From NCBI GenBank assembly GCA_965367675.1, contig CBDUJZ010000001.1, forward strand, positions 20,856-84,855: DNA of 64,000 nt, read 5' to 3'. The DNA comes from an uncultured Myxococcales bacterium (GTDB taxonomy: Bacteria; Myxococcota_A; Bradymonadia; REDH01). The notes beneath the pieces are model-generated. The model did not search any database. It saw only the letters and a program-made list of their open reading frames with translations, and was not told where the DNA came from. Positions 26,517 through 35,301 of the stretch are shown piece by piece. The position numbers and the translations under genes were made by a program. Positions within the stretch are counted from its first letter, which is position 1, and every line of letters begins with the position of its first letter.

Positions 26517-29453
26517 ATGGCGGACTGGAGTGATGCGGAGTCGGAGCTCGTTGGAGCGAACCGGACGCGGTGGATTGTAACGCTGTTGGTGATCGTGTCG
26601 GTCGGCGTGTTTGGGTACTTGCTGTACAGGGAGAGCGCCGGGTTTAAGTCGCACGCGGCGTTCGTGGAGGGCCAGGAGGCCGAGGCCGCGGGCGATCTGG
26701 AGGCCGCGCTGACGCACTACCAGGAAGCGGTTGAGCTTCTCGGATACTGGGCGGCGGACCCGGCGCTCGCTGCCGCGTACGTTGGGCTCTACGAGCGCCG
26801 CGTGTCCGCCCCTGCGACGGTGGAGTCTGTCGAGGCCATTCGCGACTATGTGGACGCGTACAACAGGCTGCGGCCGTCGGACGCGGTGAGGGCGCAGCGC
26901 GCCAACGTGGTTGGGAAACTTGGCACGTGGGTTGATGAGATTGGATTGGAAACGGAGGAGGCCGCGGTGGCGACGCGCGTGGTGGCGGCGCTGGGTCTGG
27001 TGCTCGACGAGTCGAACGCGGGGCTTCGCACGACGCGGGAGCAGGCGACGCTGATGTTGGGGGCCGAGGCGGAGGCGGAGTGGCCCGCGGACGCGCTCGC
27101 GCTTTACGCGTCGGTGCTGCCATCGGAGCGTGTACAGCCGGCGACAAACGCGTTGCTGGAGCGGCTGTTGGAGTGGCCCCAGATGCTCGCTTCGTCCGAG
27201 CGCGAGGTACGTAGGGCGATCGAGGGCGCGCCGGCCGAGCTGCGCGCGGGTGTGGAGGCGGCGCTGCTGACGAACCGCGCGTGGGACGAGGACGAGGAGC
27301 GCGCGGCCGCGCTGCTGGAAGAGGGTGGCGCGCGTCTGGACGCGTGGGTGCTCGCGAATCCCGGCGACCAGCTGGCGGTCGCAGCGGTGGCGCATCGTCA
27401 GCGCAACCGGGGTCAGTCAGCCGAAGGGCTGGCGACGTTGGAGGCATTGGGGTTGCCCGGAGAGACGGTGGACGCGACGCACGTGCTGCGCGCGGAGCTG
27501 CTCGTGTACGCCGAGCGAAGCGACGAGGCGCTCATGCTGCTGCGCCGATACACCGACGCGCATCTCTCGGACTATGTAGAGGCGGCGACGACGTACGACC
27601 GGCGGCTTGAGGAGAAGTACACGGAGATTGAGAACCGGGCGGAGCGGGGAGACTTGCCGCGCAGCGTGATGGACCGGCTGCTGGCGATCGAGGACCAGAA
27701 CAAGCGCGGCGTGGCGTTCATGGAGTACGCGGATGAGCGGCTGCGGGCGGATGCGGAGCTGCGCGGGCTGGCGGACCAGATCTCGGCGTATTCGGATGCG
27801 GTGAGCGCGTCGATGTTGCGGGGCTCGGTGGCGCTTGAGTTGGCGGTCGGCGAGTCTGGCGAGGCGCGCCAAACGCTGTTGCTTGAGGCGGAGGCGTCGT
27901 TCCTGGCGATTCGCGGAGATGCGGGTGACACGCCGGCGTATCGCGTGCTGCTCGGGCAGGTGTATCACCGTCTGGGGCGCCCCGAAGAGGGTGACGCCGA
28001 GTTTACGGCGGTCGTGAACGGGTTTGAGCCCGTGTGGGACCTGGCGGTTGCGTCGGCGTATCGCGAGTTGGGGCTGGCGGACCGCGCCCGCACGGTGGTG
28101 AATGATGTCGTGGCGAGGAACCCGGACGCGGAGGCGCTCGCGACGGCGTCGGTGCTATTGGCGGCGCTCGCGACCACGCCGGAGGAGCAATTGCAGGCGA
28201 TGGAGCTGGCTCCGGACGTCGCGGCGAACCGGCGGCTGCGGGACGAGAACAGGGCGTTCGACTTGATGAGCGAGGGCGATCTCGACGCAGCGGCGGAGAT
28301 CTTCCTCCGGATCGCGGAGGAGTGGGACGCCGAGGTGGGTGCAGGCGGTACGGGCGCGAACAACGCGGGTGTGGCGTACCAGAACCGGTATGGATGCACG
28401 GGCGACATGGCGGACCTGACGCTGGCGATTGAGGCGTTTGAACGGGCAGGTCGCCTGGACCCGGGGAGCGCGATCGTGGCGGAGAACGCGGCGACGGCAC
28501 AGCTGGTCTCGGCGCGGACAACGGTGTTGGCGGAGTTCGTGGACCTGGAGGCGCTGGGTTTCGACTCCGATCTGGAACAGCTCGTGCCGCTGTTGTTGCG
28601 CGGATCGGAGCGGGAGCGCGTGCGGTCGATGTTGATGGAGTCGCCGTTGTACGCGGCGGCTATCGCGAATCTACGCCGGGCGCTGACGCTGTCGCCGGGG
28701 AACACGGCGTTGTTCGAGACGCTTCGGCAGGTGCTGGTAGACGTGGACGACGCGGCGGGTGTGGAGCGGTTGCACACGCAGCTGTTGAGCACGGGGTTCG
28801 AGCGCACGGCGGATGAATCGCTGGCGTCGTTCCAGCGGGGAGAGATGGACGAGCTCGTCGACCTGCTCTCCGCCGCCGACGTGGCGTACTGGAAGATGTG
28901 GTTGGCGGATGCCAACACGGACGCGGTGACGCTGGATGCCGGGCGCGCGCTGTTGTTGAGCGCGCTCTATCAACGGCTGCGCACCTCGGGACCCGAGGAC
29001 GCGATCGCGGCGGCGTTCACGGTTCTGGGCGAGATGCGTTCGAGCGAGTGGGGCATCGAGACGACCGCGCTGGCGTTCGCGGCGAGCAACGCTGTGGCGC
29101 GCGCGGCCGAGTCGAACGCGCCTTTGGCCGAAGCGTGGAGCGAGATGCGCCTGCTCTATCGGCCCGGGGCGGAGATGGCGCTGCGGTTGAGCGAGCAGAG
29201 CCCGGAGTTCGCTGCGGCGCTGCGGGCCGAGCCGTCGATGGCGGCGGTTCGCGTCGCGATGGACGCGCTCGCCGATGACCCGACGCTGAGCTCGTGGGCG
29301 GCGGCGGCGGCGCTGGGCGACCGCACGCGAATGGCGAGCCATGCGGCGTTCAGGGACGACGCGACGCACGCGGCGTCGAACAAGCTGCGGTTCGCGATGT
29401 CGAACACCAACGACATGGGCGCGGCCTGGCAGGCGGAGCTTTGGGCGCGATAG
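26517..29453 (+). CDS. Large membrane-anchored TPR-like/all-helical repeat protein
   Basis: ATG follows GGGGAG. N-terminal TM segment WIVTLLVIVSVGVFGYLLY. Ala/Leu/Glu/Arg-rich helical repeats (e.g. GDLEAALTHYQEAVELL, AYRVLLGQVYHRLGRPEEGDAEF). Confidence 0.7.
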   Translation: MADWSDAESELVGANRTRWIVTLLVIVSVGVFGYLLYRESAGFKSHAAFVEGQEAEAAGDLEAALTHYQEAVELLGYWAADPALAAAYVGLYERRVSAPATVESVEAIRDYVDAYNRLRPSDAVRAQRANVVGKLGTWVDEIGLETEEAAVATRVVAALGLVLDESNAGLRTTREQATLMLGAEAEAEWPADALALYASVLPSERVQPATNALLERLLEWPQMLASSEREVRRAIEGAPAELRAGVEAALLTNRAWDEDEERAAALLEEGGARLDAWVLANPGDQLAVAAVAHRQRNRGQSAEGLATLEALGLPGETVDATHVLRAELLVYAERSDEALMLLRRYTDAHLSDYVEAATTYDRRLEEKYTEIENRAERGDLPRSVMDRLLAIEDQNKRGVAFMEYADERLRADAELRGLADQISAYSDAVSASMLRGSVALELAVGESGEARQTLLLEAEASFLAIRGDAGDTPAYRVLLGQVYHRLGRPEEGDAEFTAVVNGFEPVWDLAVASAYRELGLADRARTVVNDVVARNPDAEALATASVLLAALATTPEEQLQAMELAPDVAANRRLRDENRAFDLMSEGDLDAAAEIFLRIAEEWDAEVGAGGTGANNAGVAYQNRYGCTGDMADLTLAIEAFERAGRLDPGSAIVAENAATAQLVSARTTVLAEFVDLEALGFDSDLEQLVPLLLRGSERERVRSMLMESPLYAAAIANLRRALTLSPGNTALFETLRQVLVDVDDAAGVERLHTQLLSTGFERTADESLASFQRGEMDELVDLLSAADVAYWKMWLADANTDAVTLDAGRALLLSALYQRLRTSGPEDAIAAAFTVLGEMRSSEWGIETTALAFAASNAVARAAESNAPLAEAWSEMRLLYRPGAEMALRLSEQSPEFAAALRAEPSMAAVRVAMDALADDPTLSSWAAAAALGDRTRMASHAAFRDDATHAASNKLRFAMSNTNDMGAAWQAELWAR

Positions 29454-29542
29454 GCGGCGCTTTGGGTGCGATAGGCCGCGCTTTGGGTGCGATAGGCCGC
29501 GCTTTGGGTATGATAGGCGGCGCTATGGGTACGATAGTCGGC
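29438..29542. repeat. Tandem array, 5 x 21 bp (GCTTTGGGTGCGATAGGCCGC) spanning the stop codon of the TPR gene
   Basis: Units at 29438-29458, 29459-29479, 29480-29500, 29501-29521 and 29522-29542. Unit 1 encodes the last residues ..LWAR plus TAG. Units 2-3 repeat an in-frame TAG. Confidence 0.9.
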
Positions 29543-29644
29543 GCAGATGGCCACACCTTGGAACTCGCGAGACCGTGCGCTGGGCGGCTTTGGGACCCTC
29601 AGGGCACAAAAAGCACATAAATCGACATCGGGTGCATAATCCAG

Positions 29645-29673
29645 TTGACAGCCCCCGCTGGATGCAATAGCTA
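29645..29673 (+). promoter_or_regulatory. Candidate promoter of tRNA-Leu
   Basis: Perfect TTGACA (29645-29650), a 17-nt spacer, then TAGCTA (29668-29673), 11 nt upstream of the tRNA 5' end. Confidence 0.45.
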
Positions 29674-29684
29674 CGCCGTCCGCT

Positions 29685-29768
29685 GCGCGGGTGGTGGAAT
29701 TGGCAGACACGCAGGATTCAGGTTCCTGTGCCTTCACGGGCGTGCGGGTTCAACTCCCGCCCCGCGCA
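29685..29768 (+). tRNA. tRNA-Leu (anticodon CAG), type II with long variable arm
   Basis: Acceptor GCGCGGG/CCCGCGC plus discriminator A. Anticodon stem CAGGA/TCCTG with loop TTCAGGT. T-arm GCGGG-TTCAACT-CCCGC. D-loop contains AATTGGCAGA. Confidence 0.93.
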
Positions 29769-29775
29769 CTCAGAT

Positions 29776-29815
29776 AATCGGCCCGGGTCTTCGGACTCGG
29801 GCCGATTCACTTTTT
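29776..29815 (+). terminator. Rho-independent terminator after tRNA-Leu
   Basis: AATCGGCCCGGGTC-TTCG-GACTCGGGCCGATT (14-bp stem with one G-U pair), followed by CACTTTTT. Confidence 0.75.
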
Positions 29816-29906
29816 AGGCGTCCACGCTTCGGCGGGCGCCGCGGTCCTCGGCAAGCTGTCGGTGGCCACCACGACGGGCCGCATTGGCGGAAGGACAAGA
29901 GGAAAA

Positions 29907-32432
29907 ATGAATACTGATGGGGTGATCAGGGGGCGCGTGCTTAGCGCGTTTGAATCGTTTGGTGACGAAGGCGGATCCATGCGCGAGCTTGCGTACGCGC
30001 TGGGCGACGACGCACCGAGCCGGCAAGATTTGCGGAAGGTGATCAAGGCGCTGTGCCGCACCGGCGAGCTCGTCCGCGTAGAGCGCGACCTGTACACGCT
30101 GGCTGGCCATCAGGGCCGCGCGTTCGCGGGCAAGCTGCACTTCAGCCGCGGAAACTTCTTTGTTCACACGGACAACGAGGTGATCCACGTGCCGCCAGGG
30201 TCGCTCGGTGCAGCGATCTCGGGCGACGAGGTCGCGGGTACGGTCACCGTGGAGGCGTCGCCGCCGCTCGGTGAGATCGAGCGCGTGACCAAGAAGAACG
30301 CTCCGCGCGTGGTGACGGTCCAGGTGTCGCGCTTCCGCGGTATGTTCGTGGGCGACTCGGAAGCGCTCGGCGAGCCGGTCCAGATCGTGGGCGGTCTCCC
30401 TGAGTCCGTGCGTGCTGGCTCGTTCACGAAGGTTGAGATCTTCGACCGGAAGCCGTTCCAGCGTGGCGCGGCGACGGGTTTCCCGAGCCATACGCTGGTC
30501 GCGAAACATGTGGCGCGCGCCGCCGAAGAGGTCGAGGAGCCGGCGACGCGTCCGACCGCGCGTAAGACCGTGAGGACGTCCGTACGGGCGACCGCGCGGG
30601 CTGCCGCGGCGGCTGCGGAGACCGAGACGGAGACCTACGGGGACGCGGAGGTCGTGCCGACCGGGCCGCAGGAGCCTCGCGCCCGGATGGAGAAGCAGCA
30701 CATGCTGCGGTACGTGGATCCCGACGCGCCGAACGCTCGGACGATGCTCGACCAGCTGGCCCAGGGCCTCGGCGTCGACATCCCGTTCGAGCCGGACGTG
30801 CTCGCGCAGGCCAACGCTGGCACGGCGCCCAAGACGTTTACAGAGAGCGGTGATGACCTGAGCGGCATCGCGTTCGCGACGATCGACGGCGCCGACGCCA
30901 AGGACTTCGACGACGCGGTGTTCGCTGAGGAGACGTCCGACGGTGGTCTGGACCTGTGGGTCGCGATCGCCGACGTGAGCCATTACGTGCCGGAAGACTC
31001 GGTGCTCGACATCGAAGCGCGTCGCCGCGGATGCTCGGTGTATTTGCCAGGTCGCGTGTATCCGATGCTGCCGCCACACCTCTCGGATGGGGTGTGCTCG
31101 CTGCGTCCGAACGAGCTGCGTCGCTGCAGCTACGTGCGGATGAAGCTCGATACCGAAGGCGCCGTGGTCGACTACCAGGTGGGCTTTGGTGTGATGCGTT
31201 CGCGCGCCCGCCTGACGTACCAGCAGGTGCAAGAGTACCTGGACGGCGGCTCGCTCGACGCGCCCCGCGAGGTTCAGGCGTCTGTGGACGTGCTGGAGAA
31301 GCTGCGCATCCGTCGCCACGCGTTCCGGCGCACGCGCGGTATGCTGGAGCTGGACCTCCCGCAGCCGAAGGTGGAGCTGTCCGCGGACGGGACGACGGTC
31401 GAAGCGGTGGAGCCGTCTCCTCGCTGGGCCGCCAACCGATTGATCGAAGAGTCAGCGCTGCTGGCGAACGAGACCATCGCCATGTTCCTGCTCCGCGAGG
31501 GCTGGCCGACGATTTACCGTGTTCACGGCGAGCCGGACCCGAGCAAGGTGGGCGCGATTCGACATGTGCTCAACGACGTGGCCCGCGATGCGCGCATGCC
31601 GGCGGATCCGTCGCCGCGCGACCTGGAGCGCGTGCTGGAGAAGGTGGCCGGAACGGAGGCGAGCCGTGTGCTGAGCTGGCTGGTGCTGCGGGTGCTTCCG
31701 CGCGCGGAGTACGCGGTGCAGCGCAGCGTGCACTTTGGCCTTGGCACGGACCTGTACCTGCACTTCACGTCTCCGATTCGACGTTACCCCGACCTTGAGG
31801 TGCACCGCATGGTTCGGCGCGCCCTTGAGGCTCGTCGCGCGGCGACGGAAGAAGAGCGCGGCCTGTTGATCTCGCGTCTGACGGAGTCTGCGAGCATGGC
31901 GAACGCGGGCGAGGCTGTGCAGACGCAGGGCGAGCGTACCAGCGACCGCATGATGCGTGCGCTGTACATGGAGCCGCACGTTGGCGAGGAGTTCGACGCG
32001 CTGATCAGCGATGTCGCGCGCTTCGGCATGTTTGTGTCGGTGACGCACCCGTACGTGGAGGGCCTGGTGCCCATCCAGACGCTGGGTCGCGAGTTCTTCG
32101 AGTACGACGATCGGCGCTCGCGCTTGGTCGGCACGCGCACGCGGACGGTGTTCCAGGTGGGCGGTACGGTCCGCGTTCGGTGTGTTGCGGTGGACGTCCG
32201 CCAGGGCAACGTCAACTTCGAGTTGGCGGAGCCGGTGGGCGGCGCGCCTCGCGCACGGAGCGACCGCGATTCGCGTGGCGGCCGCGCGTACAAGGGCAGC
32301 AAGCCGAACAAGGGCGGCTCACGCAGTGGCGCGCCCAAGGGCAAGGGCGGCCACAAGAGCGGCGGCAAGGCTGAGAGCACGGGCAGCAAGGCCGGCAAGA
32401 AGCCTGGCAAGTCGCACAAGAAGCGCAGGTAG
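29907..32432 (+). CDS. rnr: Ribonuclease R
   Basis: ATG 29907 follows AAGAGGAAAA. RNB region: IDGADAKDFDDAVF, WVAIADVSHYV, YLPGRVYPMLP, HFGLG..YLHFTSPIRRYPDL. S1 domain: GMFVSVTHPYVEGLV. Lys/Gly-rich basic tail. Confidence 0.93.
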   Translation: MNTDGVIRGRVLSAFESFGDEGGSMRELAYALGDDAPSRQDLRKVIKALCRTGELVRVERDLYTLAGHQGRAFAGKLHFSRGNFFVHTDNEVIHVPPGSLGAAISGDEVAGTVTVEASPPLGEIERVTKKNAPRVVTVQVSRFRGMFVGDSEALGEPVQIVGGLPESVRAGSFTKVEIFDRKPFQRGAATGFPSHTLVAKHVARAAEEVEEPATRPTARKTVRTSVRATARAAAAAAETETETYGDAEVVPTGPQEPRARMEKQHMLRYVDPDAPNARTMLDQLAQGLGVDIPFEPDVLAQANAGTAPKTFTESGDDLSGIAFATIDGADAKDFDDAVFAEETSDGGLDLWVAIADVSHYVPEDSVLDIEARRRGCSVYLPGRVYPMLPPHLSDGVCSLRPNELRRCSYVRMKLDTEGAVVDYQVGFGVMRSRARLTYQQVQEYLDGGSLDAPREVQASVDVLEKLRIRRHAFRRTRGMLELDLPQPKVELSADGTTVEAVEPSPRWAANRLIEESALLANETIAMFLLREGWPTIYRVHGEPDPSKVGAIRHVLNDVARDARMPADPSPRDLERVLEKVAGTEASRVLSWLVLRVLPRAEYAVQRSVHFGLGTDLYLHFTSPIRRYPDLEVHRMVRRALEARRAATEEERGLLISRLTESASMANAGEAVQTQGERTSDRMMRALYMEPHVGEEFDALISDVARFGMFVSVTHPYVEGLVPIQTLGREFFEYDDRRSRLVGTRTRTVFQVGGTVRVRCVAVDVRQGNVNFELAEPVGGAPRARSDRDSRGGRAYKGSKPNKGGSRSGAPKGKGGHKSGGKAESTGSKAGKKPGKSHKKRR

Positions 32433-32475
32433 GCGCGCCTGCCCGCATCAGATGCGGGCCGGCGCGGTGAGCGCC

Positions 32476-32516
32476 TAGCGAGTTGCTCCCCGTAGCGAGT
32501 TGCTCCCCGTATCGAG
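32476..32516. repeat. Tandem repeat, 2.4 x 17 bp (TAGCGAGTTGCTCCCCG)
   Basis: Units at 32476-32492 and 32493-32509 are identical, followed by a partial TATCGAG. It lies in the convergent intergenic region between rnr and the CPBP gene. Confidence 0.85.
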
Positions 32517-32583
32517 ATGGTCGCCGGGGGGAGCGGGTTGAAACCTGTCCCTCGACAAGCTCGGGATGATTTTGTTGGGTGAT

Positions 32584-32643
32584 TGGCCCGACCGTTGGGC
32601 GTGTGCCCCGACCGTTGGGCGTGTGCCCCGACCGTTGGGGCGG
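32584..32643. repeat. Tandem repeat, 3 x 20 bp (TGCCCCGACCGTTGGGCGTG)
   Basis: Units at 32584-32603, 32604-32623 and 32624-32643. The array ends 3 nt before the CPBP gene stop at 32647-32649. Confidence 0.85.
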
Positions 32644-32646
32644 CGC

Positions 32647-33453
32647 CTAGAAGATCGCGTTGAACGCTGCGGCCAAGCCGCCGGTGTGCTGTGCGATCGC
32701 GAGTACGTCCATGGTGATCGCGATGCCGACGTGCAGCAGGATGCCGGGGACGAAGCTCTTGGACTTGAGGGCTAGGTAGCCAAGCACGACGCCAGCGATG
32801 AGGGCGCCGAGCGTCTCGGGGATGGGCTTGTTGAAGTGAATCATGACGTACGGAATCGCCATGATGTAGAGCGCGTAGTAGCCGAACTTCTTGTACAGGC
32901 CGAAGGTGAGGAAGCCGCGGAAGAAGGCTTCGACGCCGATGAACTGCAGGCTGTAGAACGCCTCGTACCACCAGAACGCGGCGCCGCCGCCGTCGATGGC
33001 GGGGCGGTAGAACGGGTACTTGTTCGCGAACGAGGGCTGGGCGGCGGCCCAGAACAGGAACGGGACCATGAACGCGTAGATGGCCGCGTAGAGAGGCAGG
33101 TGCGAGCCGATGCCCTTGAGCCGGAAGCCCCACTCCCGTGGCGACTGCCGGAACAGGAACACGATGATGGCGAGCGGCACGAGCACGCGCAGCACGAGGG
33201 CCGAGAGGCCCCAGTAGGCGTATGGCAGAATGGGGATGAGGTCGGCGGCGTCGGCCAGCCGGGGCTCAAGCCACGGCGCGACGGAGCGTCGGTACGCGCC
33301 GGATCGTCCGTAGTAGTAGAACAGGGTGAGCAACACGGTCGACGTGACAAAGACCGTGGTGGTCTGGAAGTCGAACGGCGGCGTTGTCCCGTCGTCCTGG
33401 AAGTCCTTCTTGAGGATATCCAGGCCGGTTTGGATGCGTGCCTTCAGCCCCAC
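32647..33453 (-). CDS. CPBP-family (CAAX/Abi) intramembrane metalloprotease
   Basis: Multiple TM helices. Motif region FIGVEAFFRGFL (EExxxR-like with a single Glu), HFNKP, and LHVGIAITMD. The GTG start at 33453 overlaps the upstream TAG by 1 nt. Confidence 0.75.
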   Translation of the reverse strand: MGLKARIQTGLDILKKDFQDDGTTPPFDFQTTTVFVTSTVLLTLFYYYGRSGAYRRSVAPWLEPRLADAADLIPILPYAYWGLSALVLRVLVPLAIIVFLFRQSPREWGFRLKGIGSHLPLYAAIYAFMVPFLFWAAAQPSFANKYPFYRPAIDGGGAAFWWYEAFYSLQFIGVEAFFRGFLTFGLYKKFGYYALYIMAIPYVMIHFNKPIPETLGALIAGVVLGYLALKSKSFVPGILLHVGIAITMDVLAIAQHTGGLAAAFNAIF

Positions 33454-35117
33454 TATTCGCCGTAGATGGCGTCGAGGTCGAGTTCGGTATCGACTTCGAT
33501 GGAGAGCTGGCCTTGGCGCAGCTCGAACTCGGCGGTGGAGAAGCGCATGTTCCGGTAGGTCTGGATGGCGGCGTCGGCACCGGAGGCGTCGAGCCCGCCG
33601 ATCATGTCGCCGAGTCGGCCGTACACAGACTCGAGGAGGGCGGCGAGCCGGGGTCCGTTGATCTGACCGTGCGCGAAGTCGTCGTCGTTGCCGAGGTCGT
33701 CCGCGGCGAGTGAGATCTCGACGGGCGGCGGCACGTTTCCGGTGCGGACGACGATGCGGTCGTCTCGCTGGATGAGTCGGATGGAGAATCCGAGCAGTTG
33801 GTAGTCCATGGTGATGTGCGGCGAGGTGTCGTCGACGGTGCCTTGTCCGCCGCGGCTCTCGATGAGGTTCTGGAACTGCGTGATGAGGTCGATGGGGTTG
33901 TTGGTGCCGAGCATGAGCGCGAGGTCGATGCGGGGGATGAAGCCGCTGAGGTTCACGTCGAAGAGGCCGAGCGCGATGGCGCCGGTGACGTAGTGCGTGA
34001 GCTGCTCGATGGTGGCGCTGGAGGTGTCGCGGAGGTGCGCGAGGTGGCCGCCGATGGCTGCGGGGCTGGGGCAGTTCCGCAGCTCAGGGTCGCCGGAGAT
34101 GCTGTTGATGGCGGCGACGATGTCGACGTTCGCGGTGGCGTAGAAGGCGGCTTCGGCGGCGTGTTCTGCGGTGCTGAGCGCCGCGCCGCTGAGCACGGCG
34201 TCGGCGACGCTGGCGGCGTGGTCGCTCAAGTCGACGATGTAGTAGGCCTTGGAGCGTTCCGGCCGCTCGGGGTCCATGACGCGGCTCATTCCGGCCCAGG
34301 GGATCGCGGCGAAGAGGGCGGCGTCGGCTTGGTCACAGGCGGCTTGCTGCGACGCGCTCTCGTATTCGCCGATGGAGGCGTGCAGCGGCGAGGCGGCGAA
34401 GGTGTTCCACACGCGGGCGGGGTCGACGAGTACGAGGCCGGTGAGCTGGGAACCGCGTCCGCGGCTGCGCAGCTCGGTCACGCGGGCGTCGGTGATGAGC
34501 GCGGGGCCGGCTTGTCCGGTGATGGCGCGCTCGAGCGCATCGTCGTCCAGGTCGAGCGCTTCGTATCCGGTGCGGAATCGCACGACGGCGTAGCCGGCGA
34601 CGACACCGTAATCGATGCCGTAGACGTCTTCGCCGGCGTCGACGGAGGTGCCGCGGAAACGGATGCCGGCGATGTCGAACTCACTCCACTCCAGGTCCGG
34701 GTTGCGCTCCCGGACGGTGTTCATCGCGTCGATGAAGCGGTCGGAGTCGGAGAGTTTGGCGAACAGGACGGGCGCGAGCGACGTGGAGAACAGGGCGATC
34801 TCGCCTTCGGTGTCGATGCCGAGCGCCTCGAAGCCGCCGTCGCTGATGAGGTCGACGCCGAAGGTCTCGACGATGGCCGGCTGGAGGGAGGCCCACATGG
34901 GGCTGTTCATCTGTCGTTCGAACTGCGCTGCATCGACGGCGGTGAGGTCGAAGGCGTAGGCGTACGCGACGTCAGCGGGGATGGCGTTGAAGATCGTCTG
35001 ATCGACGGCCGTGCTGGCTCCGAGCTCGAACAGGCCCTCTCGAACGGGGGTCTTGGAGCAGCCGCTCGCGAGCGCGATGGTGAGCGCCAGGGTGGCGTAG
35101 CGATGGAAGTGTTGCAC
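33453..35117 (-). CDS. Large lipoprotein, unknown function
   Basis: Track ORF 33453..35321 has no ATG near the signal peptide. GTG at 35117 gives VQHFHRYATLALTIALASGCS (lipobox). Composition is coding-like across 555 codons. Confidence 0.6.
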   Translation of the reverse strand: MQHFHRYATLALTIALASGCSKTPVREGLFELGASTAVDQTIFNAIPADVAYAYAFDLTAVDAAQFERQMNSPMWASLQPAIVETFGVDLISDGGFEALGIDTEGEIALFSTSLAPVLFAKLSDSDRFIDAMNTVRERNPDLEWSEFDIAGIRFRGTSVDAGEDVYGIDYGVVAGYAVVRFRTGYEALDLDDDALERAITGQAGPALITDARVTELRSRGRGSQLTGLVLVDPARVWNTFAASPLHASIGEYESASQQAACDQADAALFAAIPWAGMSRVMDPERPERSKAYYIVDLSDHAASVADAVLSGAALSTAEHAAEAAFYATANVDIVAAINSISGDPELRNCPSPAAIGGHLAHLRDTSSATIEQLTHYVTGAIALGLFDVNLSGFIPRIDLALMLGTNNPIDLITQFQNLIESRGGQGTVDDTSPHITMDYQLLGFSIRLIQRDDRIVVRTGNVPPPVEISLAADDLGNDDDFAHGQINGPRLAALLESVYGRLGDMIGGLDASGADAAIQTYRNMRFSTAEFELRQGQLSIEVDTELDLDAIYGE

Positions 35118-35301
35118 GGTCAGGTCTTGGTGAGTGTGATTCAGTGGTGGGCTGCATACCAGAGCACACGCGGTCGGGCCATTTGGGAATGCAGTTGGCT
35201 CGCGCGCGCGGCGGTCTCGCGGACGGATAGGGCGACTGCGCACTTGTACCGCCGCATCCTTCGGGATAGCGTTCCCAGCCCTTAGCTTTGGTACGAGTTC
35301 C

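Noticed and set aside
26921-26936. Sigma-54-like TGGCAC-GTGGG-TTGAT
   Set aside because: It lies inside the TPR coding sequence. The -12 element lacks the GC dinucleotide, and there is no downstream gene start.
29156-29737. Minus-strand ORF reading the 21-bp array as (TQSAAYR)n heptads
   Set aside because: Most of the ORF is antisense to the well-supported 3' end of the TPR gene, and it runs into the tRNA-Leu promoter and gene. It has no start context. The periodic peptide is a by-product of the 21-bp unit.
29685-29906. tRNA-Leu as an integration site of a genomic island
   Set aside because: There is no integrase, no duplicated tRNA 3' end, and the flanking genes (TPR protein, rnr) look like core genes with the same composition.
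35184-35199. Sigma-54-like TGGGAA-TGCAG-TTGGC upstream of the acyl-CoA synthetase gene
   Set aside because: Both elements deviate (GGGAA for GGCAC, TTGG for TTGC), and there is no adjacent activator. Chance occurrence is likely.
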